DNA from: a virus
Lineage: Duplodnaviria; Caudoviricetes
Direction: 5' to 3' (one strand)
Length of the DNA stretch: 64,000 bases
IMG/VR virus record: IMGVR_UViG_3300037067_013742
Span: 64,001-128,000 of that record
This document shows positions 63,610 to 64,000 of this stretch, piece by piece. The notes under the pieces are model-generated. The model had not been told where the DNA came from. It saw only the letters and a program-made list of their open reading frames with translations, and did not search any database. The translations under genes were made by a program, and so were the position numbers. The stretch's first letter is position 1. Every line of letters begins with the position of its first letter.

Positions 63610-64000
63610 ATGGATAGATATCGTGGGATAGTAAGTCTCCCTCTTCTAGAAGCTAGGGTAACCCATCTTCTTGACCGTTTGCAAAGTAATGTAAACTTTG
63701 GCAGTTTTCAAACTCAAGAAGAATTAGTCAGAGCCTACGCTGATATTGCCGCAAGAATCCAGAGGGGTAACGACGTTGCTATTTATGACCTACCAAGACC
63801 TATTGCTGGAGGGGCTCTTAACCAAAGTGATCTAAACACTTTCTTCCTTGGGGTCTATAGCGAAATCATCTATCTCCTTACCGCTACAAAGGGCTCTGGT
63901 TCTTTGGTTGAAAGCAATTTTAACTTTGCCGCCGCGGCCATAAGAGAACTTCAGGCAGGAGTGAAGAGGATAAACCACGAGCTAGCTGTCTATAGTCTTT
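63610..64000 (+). CDS. 3'-truncated paralogue of the preceding gene (absent from the ORF track)
   Basis: ATG at 63610, open to the window end (MDRYRGIVSLPLLEARV...). GSFQTQEELVR and INHELAVYSL match GEIRTQDEFVK and LESDVRAYEVL of 61618-63609. Confidence 0.75.
   Translation, partial: MDRYRGIVSLPLLEARVTHLLDRLQSNVNFGSFQTQEELVRAYADIAARIQRGNDVAIYDLPRPIAGGALNQSDLNTFFLGVYSEIIYLLTATKGSGSLVESNFNFAAAAIRELQAGVKRINHELAVYSL

Noticed and set aside
14583-63612. Amber (TAG) recoding, suggested by several TAG-ended genes in frame with the next gene (14585, 29074, 49573, 56122, 58585, 63609)
   Set aside because: About one third in-frame is expected by chance, genes are full length in the standard code, and most downstream genes have their own SD or promoter.

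Overview
The window is the virion morphogenesis region of a large, apparently uncharacterised contractile-tailed dsDNA phage (myovirus). About 40 tightly packed genes lie on the + strand in the standard genetic code. Order: truncated TerS-like gene, three unusual membrane/effector genes, TerL, four unknowns, portal-MuF fusion, prohead protease/scaffold, head protein, major capsid protein, neck/terminator genes, sheath, three tail-tube paralogues, two chaperones, two giant tape-measure-locus proteins, baseplate hub/wedge genes and fibre-like genes. Main points: (1) the 1577-aa protein in the tape-measure locus has the motif series of a single-chain two-barrel RNA polymerase (EE..S, GxK..K, RNP, DMDGD) between hydrophobic termini, a candidate virion-ejected RNAP. 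(2) A 1463-aa polyvalent protein between TerS and TerL joins a DEDD exonuclease fold, membrane segments, three copies of an unexplained (I/L)EG...(T/S)DFG(S/T)G motif and a Ser/Thr kinase, followed by two glycine-zipper proteins. (3) There are three LAGLIDADG inteins, two of them in tail structural genes. (4) A baseplate-region protein carries an SGNH esterase and a thermonuclease. (5) Several sigma70-type promoters are placed to give leaderless mRNAs. All calls come from reading motifs and gene order by eye; no database search was run. No tRNA, rRNA, CRISPR array or clear intrinsic terminator was seen.
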